Below, one piece after another: positions 51,653 to 64,000 of a stretch of 64,000 nt of DNA. The stretch's first letter is position 1. Each line of letters opens with the position of its first letter. The stretch is from Haliotis rufescens (Eukaryota): assembly GCF_023055435.1 (NCBI RefSeq), contig NW_025963868.1:19902001-19966000 (forward strand), given 5' to 3'. The notes beneath the pieces were generated by a model, which was given only the letters and a program-made list of their open reading frames with translations, did not search any database and was not told the origin of the DNA. Position numbers and translations under genes: made by a program.

Positions 51653-52600
51653 CTGCAACATTTCCATACTCGTCAATGCTGAAGTTATTCGTTTTCCCTA
51701 AGGCGCCGAGATTCGCTGTGCAGAGTTGCGTCCCTTGGGCACGCCAGAAACCTATGATTGTGGGTGCGAATTCCAGTTCGCCCCGATTATGTTTCTAGGT
51801 TTGTCAGCACCATACCCGTGCTCGTGGGTTTCACCGAAGTGGTTAAGCTGACACGCCGTGATGTAACTGGGATACTGTTAAAAGCGGCGTTAAACCGTAC
51901 TCACTATTCGTTTTCCCTTTGTGATTACTCCTACAAAGGTGCATTGGCTCCATTCAAATAGGTACATGTAATTGCAAAGATGCACCCGAGGCTTACACAT
52001 TTTGATGAATGGTTAATCTTTACTGAGAGCAGATCCTTTAGACTAGTATATGTGTTCAAAGCCTGGGCCGTTGTTGTTGCTGTTGTTTAACGCCGCACTC
52101 ACCAATGTTCCAGTTATGTAATATTACTCTGTAAATAATCGAGTCTGGACCAGACAGGTCAGTGATACCATAATCATCTGTCCACGTAATATGACTGGGC
52201 AACGGTGACATGCATCAACCGAGTCACCTGGATCTTTAAGTCGCCTCTTGAGACAAGCAAAGGTTGCTGGAGAATATATTCTTACCCGGAATTACCACGG
52301 ATATACAGCAAGAATGCTATAAGTGTCACACACGACATTTTAGCATAATTTGAAGATAACTGCAACATTTAATTTGTTAATATACAGGATATGAAATGAA
52401 CGATAGGTTTACTGGTACAAGAACAACGTCATTATGTCGGAGAGATGACGCATGCCATTTAGACGAACATGTAAACAATGCAGAAAAACAGCGTGACACA
52501 AACGTGACACTAACAACTACTGCTTTTGTGTATGTTTAGGACAGTTATTGTAGTGAATATTGCAATTGCTTACAGATAAATCTATTTTCGGGGAGATTAC

Positions 52601-52631
52601 CTTTTCATGTTCTGACCCTCATGATCATAAC
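52601..52631 (-). CDS. Gene B juxtamembrane exon
   Basis: ttttgccacag|GT TAT...AAA AG|gtaatc; (S)YDHEGQNMK(R); phase 1-2 bridges the TM exon and 51652. Confidence 0.65.
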
Positions 52632-53070
52632 CTGTGGCAAAAGAACACACCATTATGTTAGGAGTATGCCCAGATTACGGTACACGTCAACACTATATAC
52701 ACGCTGAGTTTTAAATCTGAGGTACAAAGATTACTTACTTCCCTCATTTCACGCCGACAGAGTGACCCTTCCACATCTAGGACCACGTATTAACACACAG
52801 ACACTCTACAGGGTATCCAAGCAATACTTGTACCGATACAGAGAGAGTATTTCTAATATATATACTTTCTTCTTGGTGCTCTTTTACGTCTATAATTCTA
52901 TTGGTTTCATTGTTGATTTTGACTACTCGTATCTATGACACGTCTTATCAATACACTGTTTTGAATTATTGAATATGATGTCAATCATTGACTTCACATA
53001 GCGATTTCATGTGATAGGTCAACTAACCTTGAACGTTAGTGTCCGAACATGTTGCTGGTAAACCACTTAC

Positions 53071-53190
53071 TGACTCTAGAATGATCTCTCCTTCTCTTCC
53101 TCACACACCAAATGATGACAGCGATGATGACGATGGCAACCACTGCACCTGCTGGTGTTCCTGTGCTGGCCGCTATAACGATTGTTTCAT
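53071..53190 (-). CDS. Gene B transmembrane exon
   Basis: cttgtcacag|AT...GTC A|gtaagt; ETIVIAASTGTPAGAVVAIVIIAVIIWCVRKRRRDHSRV; phase 1-1. Confidence 0.85.
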
Positions 53191-53875
53191 CTGTGACAAG
53201 AAACAGTGGGAAAGAAGAATAAATAATCTAAACGCGGGGCACGGTTACATCATTCCGACGAATAAAAATGGTCAACACGATATCGAAGGGTGAAGACCAA
53301 AATGGAATTCAATGTTCAGTTTTTAGGCCAGTCATTTTTTTGCTTTGTTTGTACATTCAACAGTTTTCAAACAAGATGAACCACTTGTCACGTTTCTTAC
53401 ACAAATGCATCAAATGAAAAAGTTGAGGTATCCAAAGGGATGTTCATTTTATTCTTCTCATCAAAGCTTCCCGTTACTGTGTTTGCAAACTGAAAAAATT
53501 ATACATGCAAGTGTACAAGTATTTTCCCGACATGTTCGATTTCGCGAATGGCTGGCAGTATTGCTAAAACACAATATTTGCACACTCACTCGTGTCAAGA
53601 GACTTCAGTGTTCTGGGAAATGAAATGAAGACAGCTGTGGGAGGCCTATACAATGCATGTCCATCATGCGAGGTGGGAAGCTTTGCTTTGAACTGAGTGA
53701 ATAGTGCATATGCGGGATACTGATATAAATACATGCGTCAAGGAAAGTAACTCTGCACATCGAACTGAGGCGCCTTTAAAAACTTCGCCACCCGTACCTC
53801 AAATGTATTTCATAAACAGCACATATTATGACACTATCATGACTATGACATATCCTGTTATATGTTACCTTTTAA

Positions 53876-54653
53876 GTTGTTGTTTAACGCCGCACTCAGC
53901 ATTGTTCCAGCTATATGACTACAGTCTGTAAATAATGGAATCTGGACCAGACAATCCAGTGATTGATATTATGAGCATCGATCCACGCAATTGGGATACG
54001 ATGACATGAATCAACCAAGTCAACGAGCCTGGCCACCCGATCCCGTTAGTCACCTCTTACGACAAGCATAGTCTCCTCTTACGACAAGCATAGTCGCCTC
54101 TTACGACAAGCATAGTCTCCCCTTACGACAAGCATAGTCTCCCCTTACGACAAGCATAGTCGGCTCTTACGACAGGCATAGTCGCCTCTTACGACAAGCA
54201 TAGTCTCCCCTTACGACAAGCATAGTCTCCCCTTACGATAAGCATAGTCGCCTCTTACGACAAGCATAGACTCCCCTTACGACAAGCTTAGTCTCCCCTT
54301 ACGACAAGCATAGTCGCCTCTTACGACAAGCATAGTCTCCTCTTACGACAAGCATAGTCGCCTCTTACGACAAGCATAGTCGGCTCTTACGACAAACATA
54401 GTCTCCCCTTACGACAAGCATAGTCTCCTCTTACGACAAGCATAGTCTCCTCTTACAAGCATAGTCTCCTGTTACGACAAGCATAGTCGCCTCTTACGAC
54501 AAGCATAGTCTCCTCTTAAGACAAGCATAGTCTCCTCTTACGACAAGCAAAGTCTCCTCTTACGACAAGCATAGTCTCCCCTTACGACAAGCATAGTCGC
54601 CTCTTACGGCAAGCATATGTTGCTGGTCACATATATTCCAACCCGGATCTTCA
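53876..54653 (-). mobile_element. SINE family 1 whose 22-bp core has expanded into a minisatellite (~54047-54617, ~25 copies)
   Basis: SINE sequence continues on both sides of the (cttacgacaagcatagtc[t/g]cc[t/c])n array. Confidence 0.95.
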
Positions 54654-57249
54654 GTTTAGTCACATCACAGCGACCGGTGTAACGTGCTCAATGACATACA
54701 CAATATACAAACAATTCTAAATGACACAAATGAACATAGAGGGAAAGTGTATGCCATAATTATGTGAAAGGTTTTCCAGGAGTGCATCATGAAAGTAGGT
54801 TATTCTTTAATCTAAATTGTGTCTAAATGAGAATAACGTCACTTAATTGTTTTGGTTTCATCACGGTGTATGTATACATTCATACACGGAAATATAGTTT
54901 AATGATAGAAAAATCCATTGAAATATTGTTTAAAATCCAGATCCAGATGGAAAATTTCCCAGATTTCCTTGAACTGTCGATGAATTATTCAGTGAAAGGG
55001 ATACATATTCCGAGATTTTTCAACACATTGAAGGAAAATGAGATTTACCTAAGACCATTAGAGACACAAAACACGAAAGAACTTGGACTTGATCAAAGGA
55101 TAAAACAAAACAAATGCAGTTTCTAAGGCAGAAAATAGTTAGGACTTTCATGCACCCACATAAGTGTGTTATTAGGATTACTAACAACACTTGCTGAAGC
55201 TGAAAAGCTTTCTGAGACGGACCCTGAAATGCATCCACCGTCCTCGAAGGGCCCGATGTAAAATATCAAGTAGGTTAATCATTTCCCTGTCTTGACTGGC
55301 TTGGACAGTGTAACATCGGCAAATTTTGCAATTATATTATGACGAGATTTACCCCAATCTGAAACTTACATCGGCGGTCTTAACGCTAAATGATAAAAAG
55401 ATTAACGTACATTTATAAAAAAACCATTATAGACCTATTTACTGTCATATGTGTGCCCTGAACAAGGTCCGCGTTTCACTTCGTGAATGGCTTGGTGGAC
55501 AGAGGTTTGAGCCAGGCTGCCACGTGCATATTACATAACATACATTTTATTACATTATACATTCACCACATCAGATCTGGATACGTAACCCATTCGAAGA
55601 TTAAATAATTACCACAGACACGATGCGAACCATTGAGTGCTTCATTACCTTGACAACCTCACAGACAGTTTTGTCGGGTAAGTCTGAGTAGTTTTACCAC
55701 TAATTATACCTGTAATACAGTCATTAACTGAGCATCAAGTGAATAAAGACAAATACACAGGTGGAGGGTTATACCATGAGATATGGACGACAGGAGGAGA
55801 GAAGTAATTGGTGTATTATATGCAATTTGCCTGAAAAATAAGGGTCGTTGCTGCTGTGTATATGAACTGAATTTCATTGTTACAAAAGTAATATGTACAC
55901 ATAATTTCTGTATACCGAACTACATAACTGTACATCCACATTTACACACGCAGATGAATTTGCAAGGTGAAAGGTTATTGTATGAATCATCCACTTAATG
56001 CGAGGATTCAAGGGGATGAACCCTCGCTGTCGACGAGGTTTTCCAGTTCGCCATTCGCTGGTCAGAAGCCCCATTTGTTGCCGGCACTAATTGGTTTCCG
56101 GTGATGACGTGGGCTAATGAAAATGGCACCGGCTAGACAACTGAAAGTTTTCCTTTAAGAATGATTTGTATTGTCATTTCTTCTGACAAAGGGGCGCGAC
56201 AACGTGACCGCCATTTTTTGGTAAAATGAAGCATCTTAATCAGAGTACCTTGCAACCATGTCATGCAGACTGCCGAAGGTAAGCACGAGGAAACATCGAT
56301 TTTTAAATAACTCTCATGTTGCAATGTCAAATATTTCGTTTTGTAACATTAGCATGATGTTATGCTGAATTGATGTACTGAAATATTTATCTTCTATATT
56401 CATCTATTATGGTTATTCCAACAAGTCAATATATGAATACAAGCACACTACTCACACTTAAAAAATGGTCCCATATCCGAGATCACACAGATGGAAGTCA
56501 CTTCAACATGCAGTTGTGCTATGTTTAATATTCTCTACTTCTTATGAAACGATAATTATGAGGACGTTGAAACCTTTGCAATAACCCAAATAAACGCACA
56601 GTAATGTTCTCGTCGAAACTGTTGCAAGCTATGTCCTCCTTTTCATTTATAGGATTTGTATGGACAGGAAAAACGACACTGTTAATATCGTTATCCTAAC
56701 TTCCAGCACTGGTTGTACCTTTCTAGATGTATGTGTTCGTCCCTAAACGATGCAGTGAAGGACTAATTGTGGAGTTGTATATGTTTATGTGCTCACATGT
56801 TCATGCTAAAACATGCTAAGAGTAAATATGTAGATATTCAATGAAAGGAAAGCAATATGTATTGTTGATCAAGAGATGCCACCAGTAGTAAGCAAATATG
56901 TGAAGGACACAACTCCTAAGGTACGGGTTTCACAATAATTATAACAAATATAAGCGACAAAACGCTTTTCATATTCATAACATATCTCTGCCAAAAGCAG
57001 GGTCGATTTACGATTCCGACTATAACACGAGCCTGTGTTTATTAATAACTATAAAATAGTGATGATAAAAAGTGTTCGCGAAAAGGTAAACGTTTCCCGC
57101 CCAACCGGTGGCGTCCGTCACAAACACATGCAAAGGCAAGTCCATTGTTCACCTAAAAAAACACGGGAACATAGAGTACAAGTCAAAATACGGAATTTGT
57201 ATCGGGCATAATTTTTGTCTTTGTTGCGTCTAATTTATTTGCCTCTACA

Positions 57250-57430
57250 CGTCTACCATAAAACAGTTTGAAAGCTTTGCTGAGTCCTTGAATATTGTAA
57301 ACTTTGATCAAACAACTCTTTGAAATGTTCACAGAAAGAGCGTGCTCGACTGTTCCTCAAAAGTTGGGAAAAGGGAACACCAAATGCTGGAGCTGCAGGA
57401 ATATTGTTCGACTTGAAAGGAACGTTGACC
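57250..57430 (-). pseudogene. Penelope-like retroelement fragment
   Basis: VNVPFKSNNIPAAPAFGVPFSQLLRNSRA. Confidence 0.6.
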
Positions 57431-57493
57431 CAAAACCTACAAATGTCTTCGTGTCTGGCCTTCAGTGTGGTGGTTTGTCCACCGGCACCAGTC

Positions 57494-57582
57494 ATGCGAC
57501 GTCTCATCCTCCCATTGCTGTTGTTGACAACTCTTATTCTATCCGTCCACAACGGCCTGCGCCAATCGTCGGAGGCTAAGAG
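57494..57582 (+). CDS. Candidate signal-peptide/signal-anchor first exon of an antisense gene
   Basis: MRRLILPLLLLTTLILSVHNGLRQSSEAK AG|gtaagt (consensus donor). Confidence 0.4.
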
Positions 57583-57758
57583 GTAAGTGGTAGTTGATGT
57601 CGTCTGAACACGCAAATCACCCAAGTATATCCCAAAGTTGTCCACAGCGACTGACATCCAATGCAAAATATTGGTATTGGATTATACGATGTCGCTGGTG
57701 CAGGTTCTAGCAACATGTTGACATGCATTTTCGTGGTGAAACATCACGTTCGACCACT

Positions 57759-59404
57759 ATGATAAGGTATTTCGATCCCTGCCAGGTCCCCCGCACGATG
57801 TTAAGGTATTTCGATCCTTGCCAGGTCCCCCGCACGATGTTAAGGTATTTCCATCCCTGCCAGGTCCCCTGCACGATGTTAAGGTATTTCCATCCCTGTC
57901 AGGCCCCCCGCATTATGTAAAGGTATTTCCATCCCTGTCAGGTCCCCCGCACGATGTTAAGGTATTTCCATCCCTGTCAGGTCCCCCGCACGATGTTAAG
58001 GTATTTCCATCCCTGTGAGGCCCCCCGCACGATGTTAAGGTATTTCGATCCCTGTGAGGCCCCCCGCACGATGTTAAGGTATTTCCATCCCTGTGAGGCC
58101 CCCCGCACGATGTTAAGGTATTTCGATCCCTGCGAGGCCCCCCGCACGATGTTAAGGTATTTCGATCCCTGTCAGGTCCCTCGCACGATGTTAAGGTATT
58201 TCGATCCCTGTGAGGCCCCCCGCACGATGTTAAGGTGTTTCGATCCCTGTGAGGCCCCCCGCACGATGTTAAGGTATTTCGATCCCTGTCAGGTCCCCCG
58301 CACGATGTTAAGGTATTTCGATCCCTGTGAGGCCCCCCGCACGATGTTAAGGTATTTCGATCCCTGTCAGGTCCCCCGCATTATGTTAAGGTATTTCGAT
58401 CCCTGTCAGGTCTGTGGTACGATGTTAAGGTATTTTGACCTCTGTCAGTTCTGTAGCAGGATGTTAAGGTATTTCGGCCTCAGTCAGGTCTGTGGTACGA
58501 TGGTAAGGTATTTCGGCCTCTGTCAGGTCTGTGGCACAATGTTAAGGTATTTCGACCTCTGTCAGGTCTGTGGCACGATGTTAAGGTATTTCGATCCCTG
58601 TCAGGTCTGTGGCACAATGTTAAGGTATTTCGACCTCTGTCAGGTCTGTGGCACAATGTTAAGGTAGTTTGACCACTGTCAGGTCTGTAGCACGATGTTA
58701 AGGTATTTGGGCCTCAGTCAGGGCTGTGGTACGATGTTAAGGTATTTGGGCCTCGGTCAGGTCTGTGGCACATTGTTAAGATATTTCGACCTGTGTCAGG
58801 TCTGTAGCATGATGTTAATGTATTTCGGCCTCTGTCAGGCCTGTGGTACGATGTTAAGGTATTTCGACCTCTGTCAGGTCTGTGGCACAATGTTAAGGTA
58901 TTTCGACCTCTGTCAGGTCTGTGGCATAATGTTAAGGTATTTCGACCTCTGTCAGGTCTGTGGCACAATGTTAAGGTATTTCGACCTCTGTCAGGTCTGT
59001 TGCACAATGTTAAGGAATTTCGACCTCTGTCAGGTCTGTAGCACAATGTTAAGGTATTTCGACCTCTGTCTTGTCTGTAGCACAATGTTAAGGTATTTCG
59101 ACCTCTGTCAGGTCTGTGGCACAATGTTAAGGTATTTCGACCTCTGTCAGGTCTGTAGCACAATGTTAAGGTATTTCGACCTCTGTCAGGTCTGTGGCAC
59201 AATGTTAAGGTATTTCGACCTCTGTCAGGTCTGTGGCACAATGTTAAGGTATTTCGACCTCTGTCAGGTCTGTAGCACAATGTTAAGGTATTTCGACCTC
59301 TGTCAGGTCTGTAGCACAATGTTAAGGTATTTCGACATCTGTCAGGTCTGTGGCACAATGTTAAGGCAGTTTGACCACTGTCAGGTCTGTGGCACAATGT
59401 TTAA
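57759..59404. repeat. 39-bp minisatellite, ~42 copies, two variant domains
   Basis: atgttaaggtatttcga(tccc/cctc)tgtcaggtc(ccccgcacg/tgtggcaca). Confidence 0.97.
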
Positions 59405-59619
59405 GGGATGTGCACATCTATAGTTTCCTCTTGCCCTCTCACGTGACGCTGTAATCCATGTACAACATGCAACAAGTTCACAGTAAAGTAAGGGCCGACA
59501 TTCAGACAGAAATGATATTCAGGTCCATCGAAGAAGCTGACGTGCCATCAAAGACCTTGACTGAGATTGAACATTCTAACAGGACGACGAGCTCTCATGC
59601 TGTGGTGTTGTGATTGGTT

Positions 59620-62185
59620 CTGAACTGTCTGGTGTGGATACTGAACAGTCTGGTGTGGATACTGAACTGACTGGGGTGGATACTGAACAGTCTGGAATGG
59701 ATACTGAACAGTCTGGAATGGATACTGAACTGTCTGGAGTGGGCACTGAACTGTCTGGATTGGATATTGAACTGACTGGAGTGGATACTGAACTGTCTGG
59801 AGTGGATACTGAACAGTCTGGGGTGGATACTGAACAGTCTGGAGTGGATACTGAAATGACCGAAGTGGATACTGAACAGTCTGGAGTGGATACTGAACTG
59901 ACTGGAGTGGATACTGAACTGTCTGGATCGGGTACTGAACAGTCTGGAGCGGATACTGAACTGTCTGGAGTGGATACTGAACTGTCTGGAGTGGATACTG
60001 AACAGTCTGGAGTGGGCACTGAACTGTCTGGGGTGGATACTGAACTGTCTGGAGTGGACACTGAACTGTCTGGAATGGATACTGAGCTGTCTGGAATGGA
60101 TACTGAACTGTCTAGAACGGATGCTGAACTGACTGGAGTGGATACTGAACTGTCTGGAGTGGATACTGAACAGTCTGGAGTGGATACTAAACAGCCTGGA
60201 ATGGATACTGAACTGACTGGAGTGGGCACTGAACTGTCTGCAGCGGATACTGAACAGTCTGGAGTGGATACTGAACTAACTGGAGAGGATACTGAACTGT
60301 CTGGAGCGGATACTGAACAGCCTGGAGCGGATACTTAACACAATCTGGAGCGGATACTGAACAGTCTGAAGCGGATACTGAACTGTCTACAACGGATGCT
60401 GAACTGACTGGAGTGGATACTGAACTGTCTGGAGTGGATACTGAACAGTCTGGAGTGGATACTAAACAGTCTGGAATGGATACTGAACTGACTGGAGTGG
60501 GCACTGAACTGTCTGCAGCGGATACTGAACAGTCTGGAGTGGATACTGAACTAACTGGAGAGGACTGAACTGTCTGGACCGGATACTGAACAGTCTGGAG
60601 CGGATACTGAACACAATCTGGAACGGATACTGAACAGTCTGGAGCGGATACTGAACTGTCTAGGGCTGATACTGAACAGTCTGGAATGGATGCTGAACTG
60701 ACTGTAGTAGGTACTTAACAGTCTGGAATGGATACTGAACAGTCTGGAGTGGATACTGAACTGTATGGAGTGGATACTGAACCGTCTGGAACGGATACTG
60801 AACTGTCTGGAATGGATACTGAACAGTCTGGAGTGGATACTGAACTGTCTGGAGTGGATACTGAACTCTCTGGAGTGGATACTGAGCTGTCTGGAGTGGA
60901 TACTAAAGAGTCTGCAGTGGATACTGAACTGTCTGGGATGGATACTGAACTGTCTGGTGTGGACACTGAACTGTCTGGAGTGGATACTGAACAGTCTGGT
61001 ATGAATACTGAACTGTCTGGAGTGGATACTGAGCTGTCTGGACTGGACACTGAACTGTCTGGAGTGGGTATTGAACTGTCTGGAGTGGATACTGAGCTGT
61101 CTGGAGGGGATATTGAGCTGTCTGGGGTGGATGCTGAACAATCTGGAGCGGATACTGAGCTGTCTGGAGTGGATACTGAGCTGTTTGGAATGGATGCTGA
61201 ACAGTCTGGAGTGGATGCTGAACTGACTGGAGTGGATACTGAACTGTCTGGAATGGATACTGAGTTGTCTGGGGTGGATACTGGACAGTCTGGAGTGGAT
61301 CCTGAACTGTCTGGAGTGGATTCTGAACTGTCTGGTGTGGATACTGAACAGACTGGAATGGATACTGAACTGTCTGGAGGGGAAACTGAGTTGTCTGGGG
61401 TGGATGCTGAACAGTCTGGAGTGGAAACTGAACTGTCTGGAGCGGATACTTAACTGTCTAGAATGAATACTGAACTGTCTGGAGTGGATACTGAGCTGTC
61501 TGGACTGGACACTGAACTGTCTGGAGCGGATAATGAGCTGTCTGGAGTGGATACTGAACTATCTGGAGTGGATACTGTACTGTCTTGAGTGGACACTGAA
61601 CTGTCTGGAGCGGATACAGAACTGACTGGGCTGGACACTGAACTGTCTGGAGGGGATACTGAGCTGTCTGGGGTGGATGCTGAACTGTCTGGAGTGGATA
61701 CTGAGCTGTCTGGAGTGGATACTGAGCTGTCAGGAGTGGATGCTGAACAGTCTGGAATGGATGCTGAACTGACTGGAGTTGATACTGAACTGTCTGGAAT
61801 GGATACTGAACTGTCTGGTGTGGATACTGAACATACTAGAATGGATACTGAACTGTCTGGAGTGGATACTGAACTGTCTGGAGCGGATACTGAACTGTCT
61901 GGAATGAATACTGAACTGTCTGGGGTGGATACTGAACTGTCTGGAGTGGATACTGAACTGTCTGGAGTGGATTCTGAACTGTCTGGTGTGGATACTGAAC
62001 AGACTAGAATGGATACTGAACTGTCTGGAGTGGATACTGAACTGTCTGGAGCGGATACTGAACTGTCTGGAATGAACACTGAACAGTCTGGAGTGGATAC
62101 TGAACTGTCTGGAGTGGATATTGAACTGTCTGAAGCGGATACTCAACAGTCTGGAGTGGATACTGAACTGTCTGGCGAGGACACT
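59620..62185. repeat. 21-bp minisatellite, ~120 copies
   Basis: gtggatactgaactgtctgga variants; frameshifts and stops in all frames. Confidence 0.97.
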
Positions 62186-62702
62186 GCCTGTTGGAACCTG
62201 TTACGAAGGTTTGCAGTAAAGATATAACATGTAACATGTTACGTCGGAGTAGTACTTCACCATTTAAGCTTAAAGTTATATAATTACTTTTTCGTTGTCA
62301 GTTCCTACCTTGCCACCACTCGAGTGTAGGCTTTCTGTAAAGGGTTCTACAATGTTGAAGTGTGCAATAAAAAGTGACTGTTTTGCTAGGTACATTTCAT
62401 CAGGATGCTGTACAGCTGATTTGGGCCAAAGGGAATTCCATTGTGAAGTAATTAGGTCAGTTGTTACGTTAAATCTCCGAGCCTTTTAGTATGATTCGAT
62501 GACTATCTCTAATCTATCGTTTGCTTCTCCGGTAACGTTAAGCTTGCAGTGAGCATGACTCAAACCGGGAATAGTTGTGCTGGATTAAAACATAGTTTAG
62601 ACAACGTGTGGGTAAGTGTAGTATCATTTTAAAAAACGTATTACCACATTACTCCCTATTTTGACTTGTGTTATATCTTTCCGTGTCATTTCATTATTAC
62701 AT

Positions 62703-62750
62703 CTCACTCACTCACTCACTCACTCACTCACTCACTCACTCACTTACTCA
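62703..62750. repeat. (CTCA)n microsatellite
   Basis: Directly visible. Confidence 0.95.
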
Positions 62751-63304
62751 TAAAGATACAAGTCACGTGCTGGAACTGAAACCACTCAGTGCCTCATATC
62801 AAACACTATATCGAGGATATATCGCCATAATTTAACACAACCACGTCCCGGCAGCCACACAGATGTTGAAAATGCTCATTCGCTAGAGTTATAATGAAAG
62901 TAATCGAAAATGAAAAAAGAACAACTTTCATTTCCTTGATTTACATGCGACGTATTTAGGTCAATATTGTGTATTCAAAACCTACTTCAATACTTTGCTT
63001 GTTGGTTTTCAGTTTTCTACCCAGTGTCCTCCTCTGCTTGCACTTTATACAGGGAAATAATGTACATGCATAATGTTACTTGTATGTATTAACCACACGG
63101 AGATTAGGGTCAGACAGTATTTCCACCGGTCTAGCAATTGTCCAGCAGAGTGTACCGATGTACCGATATTCCAAGACTGGGAGAGCACAATAGATACTGT
63201 TTATCAATATGGTAATATTTACGATACGGCTAATACACTCATATTCTCTTTGTATCTCATGCAAATGAATTAGAATTTTATTATCATAACTATTCCTATC
63301 AAAA

Positions 63305-63445
63305 TAGGTTTTCGCTTGTGACGTCGAGAGTGCGGGTTCGATTCCCCGGATAGGTACACTGTGTGAAGAACAGTTCTCGTATCCTCCGCATTCATATTGC
63401 CGGCATATTTTTAAAAGCGGCGTAAAACCATTTTCACCCAATCAC
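63305..63445 (+). mobile_element. SINE family 2, diverged (other relics at ~31465-31625, 31710-31770, 35405-35520, 39695-39830)
   Basis: gggttcgattcccc...aaaagcggcgtaaaacc. Confidence 0.7.
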
Positions 63446-63591
63446 TAGTCTCATAATGCACTTTTAAAATCTGACATTATGATAATATGAACTTACCTAT
63501 CGTTATGCCATTACTTATGTCACGTGCATCCATATTGGCGCATTTCTACTCTAAATTCCTGTCGATGCTGGCATTTATCCTCAGATCCACA

Positions 63592-63713
63592 GATCGATGC
63601 TCATGATGTCAATCATCGGGTTGTCTGGTCCAGACTCCATTATTTACAGACCGCCGTCATATAGCTGGAATATTGCTGAGTGCGGCGTTAAACAACACAC
63701 AAACAAACAAACA
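63592..63713 (+). mobile_element. SINE family 1, 3' half
   Basis: Consensus with (AAAC)n tail. Confidence 0.85.
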
Positions 63714-64000
63714 AGCGCAAAACGTTGAGTGTAGGACAAAAGCCCCTGTGGATAAAAGCCTCAAACGCCCCGAAGGTCAAAAGCCCACCCGGACTTCACC
63801 CTTATCAGATAAAAGCCCCACTAAGATAAAAGTTCTTTATTTGTTAAGGAAGCGTACAACATGTACACACATATGTGAAGTGTTGACAAAAACAACATTA
63901 TTGGAGTACCATATCCTGGTGAGTAGTTCTTACACCAATTTAATTCATTTTTATCATCCAAAACTGGCTCCCACAGGAGATATCGCTTGTATGCGAATGT

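Larger units (their letters stand above)
44985..52120. repeat. Tandem triplication of a ~1.62-kb unit (starts 44985, 46607, 48231; third copy split by Crypton) containing gene B tail exons
   Basis: Identical ORFs offset by 1624 nt; third copy resumes at ~51120. Confidence 0.95.

Noticed and set aside
54047-54617. CRISPR-like array
   Set aside because: Contiguous 22-bp units with no unique spacers, embedded in a SINE, no cas genes, eukaryotic context
57723-59423. Cys-repeat proteins (MLRYFDLCQVCGT)n
   Set aside because: Translation of a 39-bp minisatellite with internal stops
59576-62237. Long ORFs (GVDTELS / STPDSSV repeats) as a mucin or structural protein
   Set aside because: The 21-bp unit is open on both strands by construction, the array has frameshifts and stops, and variation is not clearly codon-biased. 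A partial role as a gene B stalk is not excluded but is unsupported
62300-63270. Gene B ectodomain exons
   Set aside because: Some minus-strand frames look protein-like but contain stops and no recognisable Ig motif; the gene B ectodomain could not be located

Overview
AT-rich, repeat-dense eukaryotic (animal) DNA. A mollusc, probably abalone-like, is inferred from the SINE families; this cannot be proven here. No prokaryotic operons, rRNA or CRISPR arrays are present. Most ORFs in the supplied track are artefacts of minisatellites, SINEs or decayed transposons. Reading exons by splice sites and phase shows the host content: a cluster of paralogous single-pass receptors. Gene A (- strand, 32389 to ~24855) has signal peptide, one V-set-like Ig domain, stalk and TM exons in a continuous frame, with decayed Tyr-motif tail exons. 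Gene B (- strand, 53190 to 40718) has a TM exon plus small tail exons carrying a VDNxxY motif, triplicated by a 1.62-kb tandem duplication. Remnants of further paralogues lie on the + strand (7430-8445, possibly 3274-3400). Mobile elements include an RTE-X-like LINE nested in an I-clade LINE, a BEL/Pao fragment, and a decayed hAT-like transposase ending in a Spindlin-like Tudor domain. There is also an internally deleted Ngaro/DIRS element, three Tc1 (DD34E-type) elements, an intron-containing Crypton with derivatives, MITEs, Penelope-like fragments, three SINE families and several minisatellites. All family assignments come from motif recognition, not database searches.
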